Source of the DNA: a virus
Lineage: Duplodnaviria > Caudoviricetes
Length of the DNA: 64,000 bases
Virus record (IMG/VR): IMGVR_UViG_3300025502_001322
Span: 1 to 64,000 of that record
Direction: 5' to 3' (one strand)
Part shown: piece by piece, positions 1-9,381 of the stretch
How the letters are laid out: every line of letters begins with the position of its first letter
Numbering within the stretch: the first letter of the stretch is position 1
The notes under the pieces: model-generated
Databases searched by the model: none
Told to the model about the DNA's origin: nothing
Seen by the model: the letters and a program-made list of their open reading frames with translations, nothing else
Translations under genes and position numbers: made by a program

Positions 1-56
1 CACGAAGCTCGTATACAAAATGGATTCCGCCTGTTTGGAGTCTACCTCCAGAACTT

Positions 57-431
57 GTGGGATTAGAGATGAAGAAAATACTAGTCACAGTTCTTGTTGT
101 CATTTGCTTTGTAATTGGAGTTGGCCTTGCAGATGACAATTTGGAAAAGGAGGAATCCGACCAGTACATAGAAGCAGACAAACAGGTTAAGCCGGTGAAC
201 TGTTGGTCCTTGATGTATGTATTAGAAGGCATCAAAGCACAAGGCTTAAACGTCGTATGGCAAGCACAAAATAAAGATGACGAATTCCAGAATAATCAAG
301 TTCTTTTTACCAATGATTCAAATGTGTGGGTGCTATTAGAGTTAAATGACACCATAGCATGTGTACTTGGAGCAGGCGACAGCTTTATTCTATTAGACAA
401 CAGATATAACCAAGGAGAGAACGAATTATGA
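57..431 (+). CDS. Secreted/periplasmic hypothetical protein, paralog of 48219..48587
   Basis: N-terminal hydrophobic signal; shares KPVxC...WQ...WVxxE...ACxLGxG pattern with 48219..48587. Confidence 0.7.
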   Translation: MGLEMKKILVTVLVVICFVIGVGLADDNLEKEESDQYIEADKQVKPVNCWSLMYVLEGIKAQGLNVVWQAQNKDDEFQNNQVLFTNDSNVWVLLELNDTIACVLGAGDSFILLDNRYNQGENEL

Positions 432-595
432 TTACTAAATGGGTAACAACACGATTAACAGAGCGCACAAGTTGGGACGGTATTGTTCTAGTAGGTGCTG
501 GTGTGGTATTTCTAATATTTAAACCTATTGCAAGTATAGTAGCATACGGTGCTATTGCATACGGCGCTTGGACTCTTTGGAAAAAAGAAGACTAA
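428..595 (+). CDS. Small 55-aa two-TM membrane protein (not in ORF track)
   Basis: Hand translation MITKWVTTRLTERTSWDGIVLVGAGVVFLIFKPIASIVAYGAIAYGAWTLWKKED; ATGA overlap with upstream stop. Confidence 0.7.
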   Translation: MITKWVTTRLTERTSWDGIVLVGAGVVFLIFKPIASIVAYGAIAYGAWTLWKKED

Positions 596-654
596 CTTAG
601 GCTTAGTTTTTGTACCCAATACAATAAGTACTGGTGTTAACCTAGGAACTTATT

Positions 655-1134
655 GTGAATAATATCTGGAAGTATGTATTAATGATTCCTGCAATTGCGG
701 CAGTGATCAGTTCGGTGTATGTTGGATTAAGTTATATCCACACATTGCAGGCAACGGTGGGATTTAACGAAAAACATATTGCCGAACTGCAACAGGCACT
801 GAACGTTACCGAAAAAGATACAAACGTTCAGACCGAAAAACTAGACAGTCGAGTACAAAGTGCAATCGAAAAGTTACAGATTCGATTAGCAGGTGTTGAA
901 ACCCTGTACAAAGATGGCAGTGAACGTATGCTGATTGAAATGACCAACATGGCGTCTGGGATTGCCGAAGTTAGAGTAAGGGGACAAGCCCTACAAGATA
1001 ACCAACACATGTTAGCATCGGAAGCAGAGTTTCGTTCACTAGAGCAGTCGTACTATCAACTTAAAGATGCTTACTACCAACAACAAAATGCTATCCAGCA
1101 ATTAAGACAAAAAATAGACTTTGGTGGGTACTGA
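655..1134 (+). CDS. Membrane-anchored coiled-coil hypothetical protein
   Basis: N-terminal TM segment followed by heptad-rich helix. Confidence 0.6.
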   Translation: MNNIWKYVLMIPAIAAVISSVYVGLSYIHTLQATVGFNEKHIAELQQALNVTEKDTNVQTEKLDSRVQSAIEKLQIRLAGVETLYKDGSERMLIEMTNMASGIAEVRVRGQALQDNQHMLASEAEFRSLEQSYYQLKDAYYQQQNAIQQLRQKIDFGGY

Positions 1135-1648
1135 TATGAAAAAACTTACTTTACTATTATTTTTATTATTCTCAACATCAGCATACTCACAACAGACGCA
1201 ATATTTAGGGATGAGTCCGGGGCATTGTGCGTTAGCAGATCTTGAACCCTATGTTGAATATTCACAAAACACCAATACAGGCACAGGTCAAAATCTGAGT
1301 GGATATCTTGATGATCGTGCAACTGTAGGTATTAGATTGCGGATCCCGCTTTTTGGAACCTGTACTACACGGTATCAAAAAATCATGTTGGAAAATGAAT
1401 TACTAAAACAACAGATGGAATTGCTTAAACAGTGTGCAAAATATCAAAACTTAGAACTAGGACCTCAGTTTTCAGAAGTTAGTAGAATGTGTGCAGGGGT
1501 TAACGTGAAGCCAGGCTATGAGGAAGTTCATACTACACTTGACATGCTACCACCAAGAGAAGTTATTACTAACGGCCCCCTTGGTGAGGAACCACCTGAC
1601 ATGGAAGAATTCCAGTTCATGCGTGAAGAAGAAGAACTGTTTGAATAA
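1121..1648 (+). CDS. Secreted hypothetical protein
   Basis: Signal peptide MKKLTLLLFLLFSTSAYS; likely start at the internal ATG near 1136. Confidence 0.6.
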   Translation: MVGTDMKKLTLLLFLLFSTSAYSQQTQYLGMSPGHCALADLEPYVEYSQNTNTGTGQNLSGYLDDRATVGIRLRIPLFGTCTTRYQKIMLENELLKQQMELLKQCAKYQNLELGPQFSEVSRMCAGVNVKPGYEEVHTTLDMLPPREVITNGPLGEEPPDMEEFQFMREEEELFE

Positions 1649-1656
1649 CAAATAGA

Positions 1657-1685
1657 GTGACATCAACCTGAATTAAGCGTATAAT
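1657..1685 (+). promoter_or_regulatory. sigma70-type promoter
   Basis: GTGACA(1657-1662)-17 nt-TATAAT(1680-1685); AAGGAG before ATG 1707. Confidence 0.6.
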
Positions 1686-1706
1686 ACTATGCTTAAAGGA
1701 GATATC

Positions 1707-1910
1707 ATGTTATACGAACTTATTTTAGTAACCGCAATGGGTGTTAGCAACGTAGCCACATTCAGTAACGAGTACGAGTGTTTGACCTACGCTGATGAAT
1801 GGCGGCTCCAGAACGTAAAAGCAGGATGCGTTCCAGTGCAAGATCCAGAAATGCAACTTGGGAAAATACTTGACATGATGAACAGGCTAACCGCAGAGGA
1901 CTACGAGTAA
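1707..1910 (+). CDS. Hypothetical protein
   Basis: Track ORF 1689..1910; AAGGAG favours the start at 1707. Confidence 0.55.
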   Translation: MLYELILVTAMGVSNVATFSNEYECLTYADEWRLQNVKAGCVPVQDPEMQLGKILDMMNRLTAEDYE

Positions 1911-2125
1911 TGGGAATAACCGTCACAGCACAGACACTAGAAAGAATAAAAGCCAACCCACAGGCACATGCAGTATTACTGGAACTGTGGGAACGCAGTT
2001 TTGGTGGCAATATATCAGTTACTCAAGTACAGGAAAAACTTGTTGAGTCTAACCTAATCGATACTGGTAACGAGGATATTGAGTTTGTTATATCTTCTAT
2101 TAGGCTTAATATTGGCAGTCAGTAG
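1910..2125 (+). CDS. Hypothetical protein
   Basis: 71-aa ORF coupled to upstream stop (TAATG). Confidence 0.5.
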   Translation: MGITVTAQTLERIKANPQAHAVLLELWERSFGGNISVTQVQEKLVESNLIDTGNEDIEFVISSIRLNIGSQ

Positions 2126-2165
2126 TACCCCATAAACCTAAAATCAGATTTGGAGGTTATTCAGA

Positions 2166-2249
2166 ATGTATAGAACACATTATAGACATACGCAAGTATG
2201 TTCCGATCAGGGTCGGCAATCCCTACAGGGAGGGCTAGGCGGACTATGA
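2166..2249 (+). CDS. 27-aa leader ORF coupled to ferredoxin start (not in track)
   Basis: GGAGGT at 2152-2157; [27 protein letters not shown]; TGA overlaps the ferredoxin ATG (ATGA). Confidence 0.4.
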   Translation: MYRTHYRHTQVCSDQGRQSLQGGLGGL

Positions 2250-2584
2250 CATATATCGTGAACGACGCTTGTATTAAATGCAAGTATACAGATTGTGTTG
2301 AAGTCTGCCCTTAGCTAGTAGACTGTTTTTACGATGCAGGAACAATGCTGGTAATTAATCCTGAAGAGTGCATTGACTGTGGTGTGTGTGAGCCAGAGTG
2401 CCCAGCAGGAGCGATTAAAGCAGACACAAATATGTCTGAAGAACTAGAGTTCTTCCTACAGTATTCTATAGAACAAAGCAAGGACAAGGAACCTGTTACT
2501 AAAACGTCTGAGCCTTACCCAGATGCTGATGATCTAAATCCTGTGTTAAATACTAGTATAGGAAACAAGAGGCACTTACTATGA
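2246..2584 (+). pseudogene. fdxA: 7Fe (3Fe-4S/4Fe-4S) ferredoxin, FdxA type, interrupted by in-frame TAG at 2312-2314
   Basis: [52 protein letters not shown] matches FdxA except for two extra codons (TAG CTA); track shows only the 3' part. Confidence 0.85.
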
Positions 2585-2904
2585 TTGAAATAACTGAATC
2601 AGCTTTAACTAAATTAACTACTATTTTAAATGAGGAAAACCCTGGATCAAAGTTACGTATCTTTATTCAGGGCGGTGGATGCTCAGGCTTCCAGTACGGC
2701 TTTGCTATTGAGCAAACTCAGGAAGAAGACGACTTCGTTATAACGGAAGGTGATGTTAGTGTACTGGTGGACTCAATGAGTAGCGCATACCTCCAGGGAG
2801 TTACAATAGGTTACGAACAAGATATCAATGGTGATAACTTTACTATAAAAAATCCCAATGCCGCATCTACTTGCGGATGCGGATCATCATTTACTCCAAG
2901 CTAA
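2581..2904 (+). CDS. erpA: A-type Fe-S carrier (HesB/IscA/ErpA family)
   Basis: GGGCSGFQY and C-terminal CGCGSSF motifs. Confidence 0.9.
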   Translation: MIEITESALTKLTTILNEENPGSKLRIFIQGGGCSGFQYGFAIEQTQEEDDFVITEGDVSVLVDSMSSAYLQGVTIGYEQDINGDNFTIKNPNAASTCGCGSSFTPS

Positions 2905-2910
2905 ACTTAG

Positions 2911-2956
2911 TCCTTGATTACTGAAACTAATAAATAACAGTAACAGTAATCAAGGA
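2911..2956 (+). promoter_or_regulatory. 13-bp inverted repeat enclosing late promoter and covering the SD of 2966
   Basis: TCCTTGATTACTG(2911-2923)/CAGTAATCAAGGA(2944-2956); TAAATA at 2931-2936 in the loop. Confidence 0.75.
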
Positions 2957-2965
2957 TACTTTAAT

Positions 2966-3352
2966 ATGGCAAGACAACTTATTAATATTGGATCTAGTGC
3001 CAACGATGGCACAGGCGACCCTATAAGATCAGCATTTGATAAAATAAACGATAACTTCCAGGAAGTTTATGGCGCATCAGCCGTTGGAACAAACATAGAC
3101 ATTAGTAGCAATACCATCGCAAGCACTAATACTAACGGCAACATCACACTAGATCCTAACGGTACAGGACTGGTTGTTATAGATGATGACCAGTTTAAAA
3201 TTAGTACAAGTAAGACGCCAGCCGCAAGCATAGGCGCAAGTGGTGATGTTGCAGGACTGGTAGCATGGGACAGCAGTTACATCTATGTTTGTACAGGAAC
3301 CTACGACGGATCAACAGCAATTTGGGCAAGAACCGCTATAAGCACTTGGTAA
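2966..3352 (+). CDS. Virion baseplate/tail protein (T4 gp9/gp10-like N-terminus)
   Basis: MARQLINIG..NDGTGD..R.AF.KINDNF N-terminus; C-terminal GDVAGLVAWDSSYIYVC..YDGS module. Confidence 0.7.
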   Translation: MARQLINIGSSANDGTGDPIRSAFDKINDNFQEVYGASAVGTNIDISSNTIASTNTNGNITLDPNGTGLVVIDDDQFKISTSKTPAASIGASGDVAGLVAWDSSYIYVCTGTYDGSTAIWARTAISTW

Positions 3353-3361
3353 GGATAAACA

Positions 3362-5377
3362 ATGGCAAGACAGACAATTAACATAGGTACCATTCAGAAT
3401 GACGGCACGGGAGATAAACTCCGTGATGCTATGGACAAAGTCAATGATAACTTCCTAGAGCTCTATACTGAACTAGGGGGCGAATCATTAAGCAACCTAG
3501 ACATTAGTGGTAATACTTTAAGTTCAGCGAACTCTAATGGGGACATTATCTTAGACCCCAATGGCACTGGAAAAGTTAAGATAGATAATCTTGCTATCTC
3601 AGGTAACACGCTCTCAAGTACAGATACTAACGGCAATATAACACTGGATCCAGCTGGTACGGGTAGTGTTGTATTGGATAGTCCAGTCAGTATTACAGGT
3701 ACTCTAACACTAAGCACATCATTAAGTGCCAATGTCATTGGAAATTTAACAGGTGATGTTACTGGCACAGTTAGTAGTATCAGCAACCACACAACAACTA
3801 ATCTTATTGAAGGCACAAATTTATATTACACTAATACTAGAGCAAGAGCCGCATTAAGTGCGACAGGCAGTATTAGTTACGATAGCGGAAGTGGTGTAAT
3901 TAGTTACACAGAATCAGTAACTAGTGTTAATGGTGAAACAGGCGCAGTTGTATTGACTCTGAGCGATATAGCGGTAGATGGTCAACTTGATGGAGACCTA
4001 GTAGGTAGTGTGTTTGGCAACGACAGTACTATTCTAGTAGATGGTGGTGCTAACGAAATAGTTGGTACTATTAATTCCACAAGTGGCACAATTACAACAC
4101 TAAATGCAACAACAATTACGGGATTTACAACATTAACTGGTGCAGGCGATGCAATTATTACTGCTGGTGTGTTCTATGGTGATGAAACACAAGTAGACAG
4201 ATACTTGATGAAAGATTCATCTATTGTTATAGATGAAACAGGAACACTACTTGCTGATATAAACAACAGCACATCAGCAACCTTCTCTGGCACAGTAAAT
4301 TTAAACGGCGCCACAGTATCCAACGCCTCATTTAACTTAACTGGTAACTTAACTGGTGTTGTAGACGGTGACTTAATTGGTAGTGTATTTGGTGATGACA
4401 GTACAACAATTATTGATGGTATTAATAAAACAGGAACACTTACTGAATTAGATGTAGATGATATAAACATCGATGGTAATACAATTAGTGCCGCTGGTGC
4501 CGCATCCAATCAGAATCTTATCTTAAATGTTAAGGGTGTTGCCGCATTAGAGACAAACTCAGATACAATTTCGTTTCAACCAAGAACAGACTTTGGACTT
4601 GATGGTATTGGTGCGGTTGGTGATGCAGACAACTTATTCAGTCAGAACGATGACTATCTATACAAATCAACAGTTGCATATGACGGCAGTACACTAATTT
4701 GGAAACGTGCAAAGTTACGTTATTTTAACGAACCACTATTTTATGTTGGGGCAGATGACAGCACAATGCGTGGTGTTGGTGACCTAGAAGGTATTAAGAT
4801 TATAGGTGGTACCAATGTAAGCACATCAAGTGACGCTGAAGGTAACATTACAATCGACGCAACTGATACAGGTATTACAGATGTAGTCAGTGATACGACG
4901 CCTCAACTAGGTGGCGACTTAGATGTAAACGGATTTAAGATTACTACAGCACGTAGCAACGAAGACCTACAACTAGAACCGAACGGCACTGGTACAGTTG
5001 TAATTAACAGTGGCCTAAGACTAGAAGAAGGCACACAAGACAGATTTAGCACACTAACTGGGGCCACTGGCACAGTAGCACATGATTGCGCAAACGGAAA
5101 CATATTTTACCACACAAGTATTAGTGCTAACTTCACTGCAAACTTTACAAACTTACAATTAGACACAAGTTATGCTACAGCAGTCACATTGGTATTGGTG
5201 CAGGGCGGCACAGCATATATTCCAAACGTAGTACAGATAGGTGGTGCGGGCCAAACTATTAATTGGCAAGGCAATTCAGAACCTACTGGAACTACAAGTC
5301 GTGTAGATACTGTTTCGTTAACTATTCTCAATAACAGCGGAAGTTATACTGTGCTTGGACAACTAACGGACTTTTAA
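3362..5377 (+). CDS. Long tail fibre/baseplate protein
   Basis: Same NDGTGD N-terminus; repeated ISGNTLSS.D.NG.I.LDP.GTG units; Thr/Gly/Asp rich. Confidence 0.7.
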   Translation: MARQTINIGTIQNDGTGDKLRDAMDKVNDNFLELYTELGGESLSNLDISGNTLSSANSNGDIILDPNGTGKVKIDNLAISGNTLSSTDTNGNITLDPAGTGSVVLDSPVSITGTLTLSTSLSANVIGNLTGDVTGTVSSISNHTTTNLIEGTNLYYTNTRARAALSATGSISYDSGSGVISYTESVTSVNGETGAVVLTLSDIAVDGQLDGDLVGSVFGNDSTILVDGGANEIVGTINSTSGTITTLNATTITGFTTLTGAGDAIITAGVFYGDETQVDRYLMKDSSIVIDETGTLLADINNSTSATFSGTVNLNGATVSNASFNLTGNLTGVVDGDLIGSVFGDDSTTIIDGINKTGTLTELDVDDINIDGNTISAAGAASNQNLILNVKGVAALETNSDTISFQPRTDFGLDGIGAVGDADNLFSQNDDYLYKSTVAYDGSTLIWKRAKLRYFNEPLFYVGADDSTMRGVGDLEGIKIIGGTNVSTSSDAEGNITIDATDTGITDVVSDTTPQLGGDLDVNGFKITTARSNEDLQLEPNGTGTVVINSGLRLEEGTQDRFSTLTGATGTVAHDCANGNIFYHTSISANFTANFTNLQLDTSYATAVTLVLVQGGTAYIPNVVQIGGAGQTINWQGNSEPTGTTSRVDTVSLTILNNSGSYTVLGQLTDF

Positions 5378-5401
5378 CCCATACTGCACCAGCACCGTAA
5401 G

Positions 5402-5409
5402 TATAAATA
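5402..5409 (+). promoter_or_regulatory. T4-like late promoter
   Basis: Exact TATAAATA upstream of AAGGAG and GTG 5430. Confidence 0.75.
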
Positions 5410-5429
5410 CACTATAAGGAGTTTTTATA

Positions 5430-7865
5430 GTGGCAAAACCAGTTTGGCAAACACCTGAAGGTGATTTGGGTATCATTGCAGAACGTCAATTTTACAATCT
5501 ACGTTTTGATGTCAATGACTCGGATCAGCCTATTAGTCCCTCGTTAACGTACACTATTACAGCAGGAGCGTTGCCACGTGGCCTCAGTCTTAAAGACGAT
5601 GGGTTTATTGAAGGTACTCCTACAAAAAATAAAGTATTCTTAAGAGGTGTTCCGTTAGATGTTGGACAGAACGAGACCAGCAGATTTGCGGTTAGAGTAT
5701 CCACTCCAAGCGGTCATATTGCAGACAGAACTTTTCAGTTAACCGTTACAGGTCAAAACCCGCCTAATATTACTACTTTATCGCAACGCCTGGGTATTGT
5801 ATATGACGGCACTTTCTTTAGTTTCCAACTACTTGCTGTTGACTTAGATATTGATGACATAATTACGTGGTCATTTTCTACTGGTGAACTTCCGCCAGGA
5901 CTAACAGTTAGTACAACAGGATTAATATCTGGTTATACAACACCACAAGCACTTATTGCTAATCCTAATCCTGGATTTGATTTCCAAGAGTGGGACGAAT
6001 TTCCCTGGGATAATTCAAGTCCCAGTGTTAATAAAACATATAGTTTTGAAATTAGTGCAACAGACGGCAAGGACTTTGACGTAGCCACTTATACTATTGA
6101 AGTATTAAGTAAAGATACATTGACTGCTGACGCAGAAGATTTTACAGCAGATCACCAAGACTTACTTACAACAGACACTGACAACAAACGACTGCCAGTA
6201 TTACGGTATGCGCCGACCACACTGGGTACGATATTGCATGATAATTACTTTGCATATAAATTTGATGGCTTTGATTTTGATGGTGACCGCATAACATATG
6301 CGTTATCCTTGGGTTCAGGCTCCCTATATGACGACGGTGGCTTTGATTCTCAGAGATATTCTGGCGGAGACTTTATTGCTCCCCCTGGACTAACCCTAAA
6401 TGCCGACACCGGTTGGCTACATGGATACATACCTATCCAGGCACTTACGCAACAAGAATTTACATTTGGTATTCAGGTAGAAAAGGCAGAGTTTAACGAT
6501 TACCAGAGCGACGTTGAAATCGTTACCTTAACACTAGTTACTGATTTGCTAAGATTAGTTACATGGGCAACTCCTGCGGCACTGGGATCAATAGAAAATG
6601 GTGCAGTAAGTGAATTATACGTGGAAGCGACTAATCCATTGGATAGAACGTTATACTACAGATTAAAAAGAGGCGAGTTAAATAGACTACCTCAAGGTCT
6701 TAAATTATTAGACAACGGGCTTATTGTAGGTCGATGTAGTTTTAATGTTTTCCAACTAGATAGTGGTGATATTTCTTTTGACACAGATACGTTATCGTTC
6801 GATACTACCTTTACAAGTACTATAGAGGCATATGACTTAGAAGGGGAAATTACTGTAACCAGAGACTTTACTATTACTATTACCGTTGCTAATACCAAAC
6901 CGTATGAAGATTTATACTTTGTAAGCAGAACTAAGAATACTGATAGGTCAAGTTTTACATCATTATTAAACAATGCTAATATTTTCCCTGCAACTAAGAT
7001 TTATAGATCGTCAGATCCGTATTTTGGTAAGCAGACAGATTTAAGATTTATGGTTGCTACCGGGTTAGAGCCCAAGTCAGTAAATCAATACGTAGCAGGA
7101 ATGAGTAAAAACCACTACAACAAGAAATTAAAGTTTGGAGGTATAGGGTCCGCCAGAGCACTAAACACTGATGGAACTACCAGATACGAAGTTGTCTATG
7201 TGGAAATAACAGACGATCAGGAAAATACCCTGGGAAAAAGCACGAGTAGTTCATTAAATCTTTCTAACAAAATAGATAATACACTTAGTGTAGACAAAGG
7301 TTACATAGATGTGTCGTCAGGGCACTGGCAAGCAAGTGCAACTAATGAGTACCTGGTGTACCCAAATAGTATATTAAACATGCAACAAGCAATGGTTACT
7401 GGTGTTGGCCAATCTAACGTTGGCACATTACCAGACTGGCAAACAAGTAAACAAAAAAATGATCAGACTCTAAACTACAAGCACTATGCTATACTAGCAT
7501 ATGTTACATCAGGCAATGCGGAACAAATAGCATTCCTGTTAACTAGACACATTGCCAATAATAATTTTGATTTTAAAGACATAAAATGGGAAACAGACAG
7601 ATACGTTCATGATCTTAACTTGAGCAAGAATTACGATAAATCTCTGGGCGTGTTTACTTCTGCTGGAGAAACATCATTTGATGAGGATGGGGTTAAATAC
7701 GGAGCAGAGACAACTTTTGACGGTGCAGGCACTAAGTTTGTTAAATATAAAGATGTATACGAAGAGCCCGATCAGAACGATAAATACTTGGTATTTCCGA
7801 GAAGAGGCATATTCGGACGAGAACCAAACGTAGACTACGAACTAATACAGTATCAGACAGATTAA
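5430..7865 (+). CDS. Virion baseplate protein with putative Ig (He_PIG) repeats
   Basis: Repeated G.LP.GL.L...G.I.G motifs; late promoter; among structural genes. Confidence 0.7.
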   Translation: MAKPVWQTPEGDLGIIAERQFYNLRFDVNDSDQPISPSLTYTITAGALPRGLSLKDDGFIEGTPTKNKVFLRGVPLDVGQNETSRFAVRVSTPSGHIADRTFQLTVTGQNPPNITTLSQRLGIVYDGTFFSFQLLAVDLDIDDIITWSFSTGELPPGLTVSTTGLISGYTTPQALIANPNPGFDFQEWDEFPWDNSSPSVNKTYSFEISATDGKDFDVATYTIEVLSKDTLTADAEDFTADHQDLLTTDTDNKRLPVLRYAPTTLGTILHDNYFAYKFDGFDFDGDRITYALSLGSGSLYDDGGFDSQRYSGGDFIAPPGLTLNADTGWLHGYIPIQALTQQEFTFGIQVEKAEFNDYQSDVEIVTLTLVTDLLRLVTWATPAALGSIENGAVSELYVEATNPLDRTLYYRLKRGELNRLPQGLKLLDNGLIVGRCSFNVFQLDSGDISFDTDTLSFDTTFTSTIEAYDLEGEITVTRDFTITITVANTKPYEDLYFVSRTKNTDRSSFTSLLNNANIFPATKIYRSSDPYFGKQTDLRFMVATGLEPKSVNQYVAGMSKNHYNKKLKFGGIGSARALNTDGTTRYEVVYVEITDDQENTLGKSTSSSLNLSNKIDNTLSVDKGYIDVSSGHWQASATNEYLVYPNSILNMQQAMVTGVGQSNVGTLPDWQTSKQKNDQTLNYKHYAILAYVTSGNAEQIAFLLTRHIANNNFDFKDIKWETDRYVHDLNLSKNYDKSLGVFTSAGETSFDEDGVKYGAETTFDGAGTKFVKYKDVYEEPDQNDKYLVFPRRGIFGREPNVDYELIQYQTD

Positions 7866-7875
7866 GGAACTATAA

Positions 7876-8622
7876 ATGGCCAGTAATATTAATCCAAATA
7901 CCATTGACGGCTTGTATCCAGTAGCTGGACAAGACAATGACAGTCAAGGTTTTAGAGACAATTTCACAAATTCTAAAAATAACTTTACGTATGCTAAGAC
8001 AGAACTTGAAGACTTGCAAAGTAAAGTTATTCTTAAGTCCGCATTGTCGGGTGGTTCACTTGACAATGACATGAACGATGCGCTTATTAAAGCGGCTAAG
8101 ATACAAGACTTTTCAGAAGCAAGGCTTGACAAAGGCTCAACCTCAGGCACAATGACTTTCAGCCATACTGAGGGACATTACCAAACTGTAACAGCAACGG
8201 GTTCATTAACGTTTGCGTTTAGTAATTTCCCCCCAGCAGGACAGTTGGGACGAATCAAAGTAGAGGTTACAATTAGCAACGTGGGCCACACAGTAACATT
8301 ACCCACAGCAGTAAGTATCGGACACGAAAACATCGCAGGTATTAGCTCAAGAGTTATTACTTTTGATGAAGTAGGCACCTATATTTTTGAATTTACCACA
8401 GAAGACAATGGCTCAGCAATTGCAGTAAACGATATTACACGAAATTTAACAAGAATACATGCAAACAGACTTAGATTAAACACCGTAACGCCAGCAAACA
8501 TTGGACAGGCAGGCGACGTGGCAGGGTTGCTCGCTATTGATGCTTCCTATGTGTATGTATGTACAGGCATTTACGATGGCTCCACAGTAATTTGGAAGAG
8601 GGCGGGAGTTAGCGCATACTAA
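7876..8622 (+). CDS. Virion structural protein
   Basis: YPVAGQDNDSQGFRDNF N-terminus; C-terminal GDVAG...YVYVC..YDGS module shared with 2966. Confidence 0.65.
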   Translation: MASNINPNTIDGLYPVAGQDNDSQGFRDNFTNSKNNFTYAKTELEDLQSKVILKSALSGGSLDNDMNDALIKAAKIQDFSEARLDKGSTSGTMTFSHTEGHYQTVTATGSLTFAFSNFPPAGQLGRIKVEVTISNVGHTVTLPTAVSIGHENIAGISSRVITFDEVGTYIFEFTTEDNGSAIAVNDITRNLTRIHANRLRLNTVTPANIGQAGDVAGLLAIDASYVYVCTGIYDGSTVIWKRAGVSAY

Positions 8623-8648
8623 CCTAAGTTAAAATAAACGGGGAAACG

Positions 8649-8669
8649 GGCTAGTAAACTAGCCTTTTT
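8649..8669 (+). terminator. Rho-independent terminator ending virion module
   Basis: GGCTAG-TAAA-CTAGCC-TTTTT. Confidence 0.7.
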
Positions 8670-8671
8670 CT

Positions 8672-8700
8672 TTGACTTTATCATCGGCTTTAGTTATAAT
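8672..8700 (+). promoter_or_regulatory. sigma70-type promoter
   Basis: TTGACT-17 nt-TATAAT. Confidence 0.75.
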
Positions 8701-8718
8701 AACATACAAGGAGAGCAC

Positions 8719-9123
8719 ATGATAGACTTAAACAAGTACAAGGATTTTGTTGCAGAAGTAACAAGCGAACAATCCAATATTACAGGAAGACTGGTAGAAA
8801 CCCTCGCTAGTCTCAACATACACACAGACATTAATCCAGCACTGTTACTTACAGCCGCTCTTGGATTGGCCGCAGAGTCAGGTGAGTTTGCAGAGATACC
8901 TAAAAAGATTATATTCCAAGGCAAACCGTGTGACGAAGATGCTATATTCCATATGAAACGTGAACTTGGTGATGTTGCGTGGTACTGGATAAATGCTTGT
9001 AGAGCACTTAACCTAGATCCAAACGACGTAATAGAAGAAAACATTAAGAAGTTGGAGTCACGTTATCCAGGTGGCAAGTTTGATGCACACTATAGTGAAA
9101 ACAGGCATGAAGGCGACTTATAA
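8719..9123 (+). CDS. mazG: MazG-like nucleotide pyrophosphohydrolase
   Basis: ALGLAAESGEFAE...KRELGDVAWY...N..KL..RYP motifs. Confidence 0.85.
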   Translation: MIDLNKYKDFVAEVTSEQSNITGRLVETLASLNIHTDINPALLLTAALGLAAESGEFAEIPKKIIFQGKPCDEDAIFHMKRELGDVAWYWINACRALNLDPNDVIEENIKKLESRYPGGKFDAHYSENRHEGDL

Positions 9124-9131
9124 ATAACAAT

Positions 9132-9377
9132 ATGTTTCATCCTTTACTAAACGACTTATCAGAACTTAATGATCAGGAACTTAATGATCGGGCACAGGAT
9201 ATTTCTCGAAAATTATCTTCAGTGTATAGAGTAGGCGCAAATTCCGGTCTCATACAGCAAATGCAACTGGTTAACGCACAACTTCAAGACGAAGTTATGT
9301 TCAGACAGCGCAAAGAACTTGAGAAATTAATGGATAAGAACGGTAAAGATTTCAAAAATATTATCGATATAAAGTAA
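9132..9377 (+). CDS. Hypothetical helical protein
   Basis: 81 aa; TAAATA 5 nt upstream of ATG. Confidence 0.6.
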   Translation: MFHPLLNDLSELNDQELNDRAQDISRKLSSVYRVGANSGLIQQMQLVNAQLQDEVMFRQRKELEKLMDKNGKDFKNIIDIK

Positions 9378-9381
9378 TTTT

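Noticed and set aside
1910-2238. Possible GIY-YIG-type endonuclease remnant (GIT start; [13 protein letters not shown] in another frame)
   Set aside because: Only short motif-like strings in different frames; no convincing catalytic residues
2312-2314. Genome-wide TAG reassignment (alternative genetic code)
   Set aside because: TAG cleanly ends many intact genes (for example 11418, 17481, 33538), and the fdxA amber comes with an extra codon, so it is an insertion rather than recoding
2966-8622. Diversity-generating retroelement acting on tail proteins
   Set aside because: Repeated modules are diverged at all positions rather than adenine-specifically, and no reverse transcriptase is in the window
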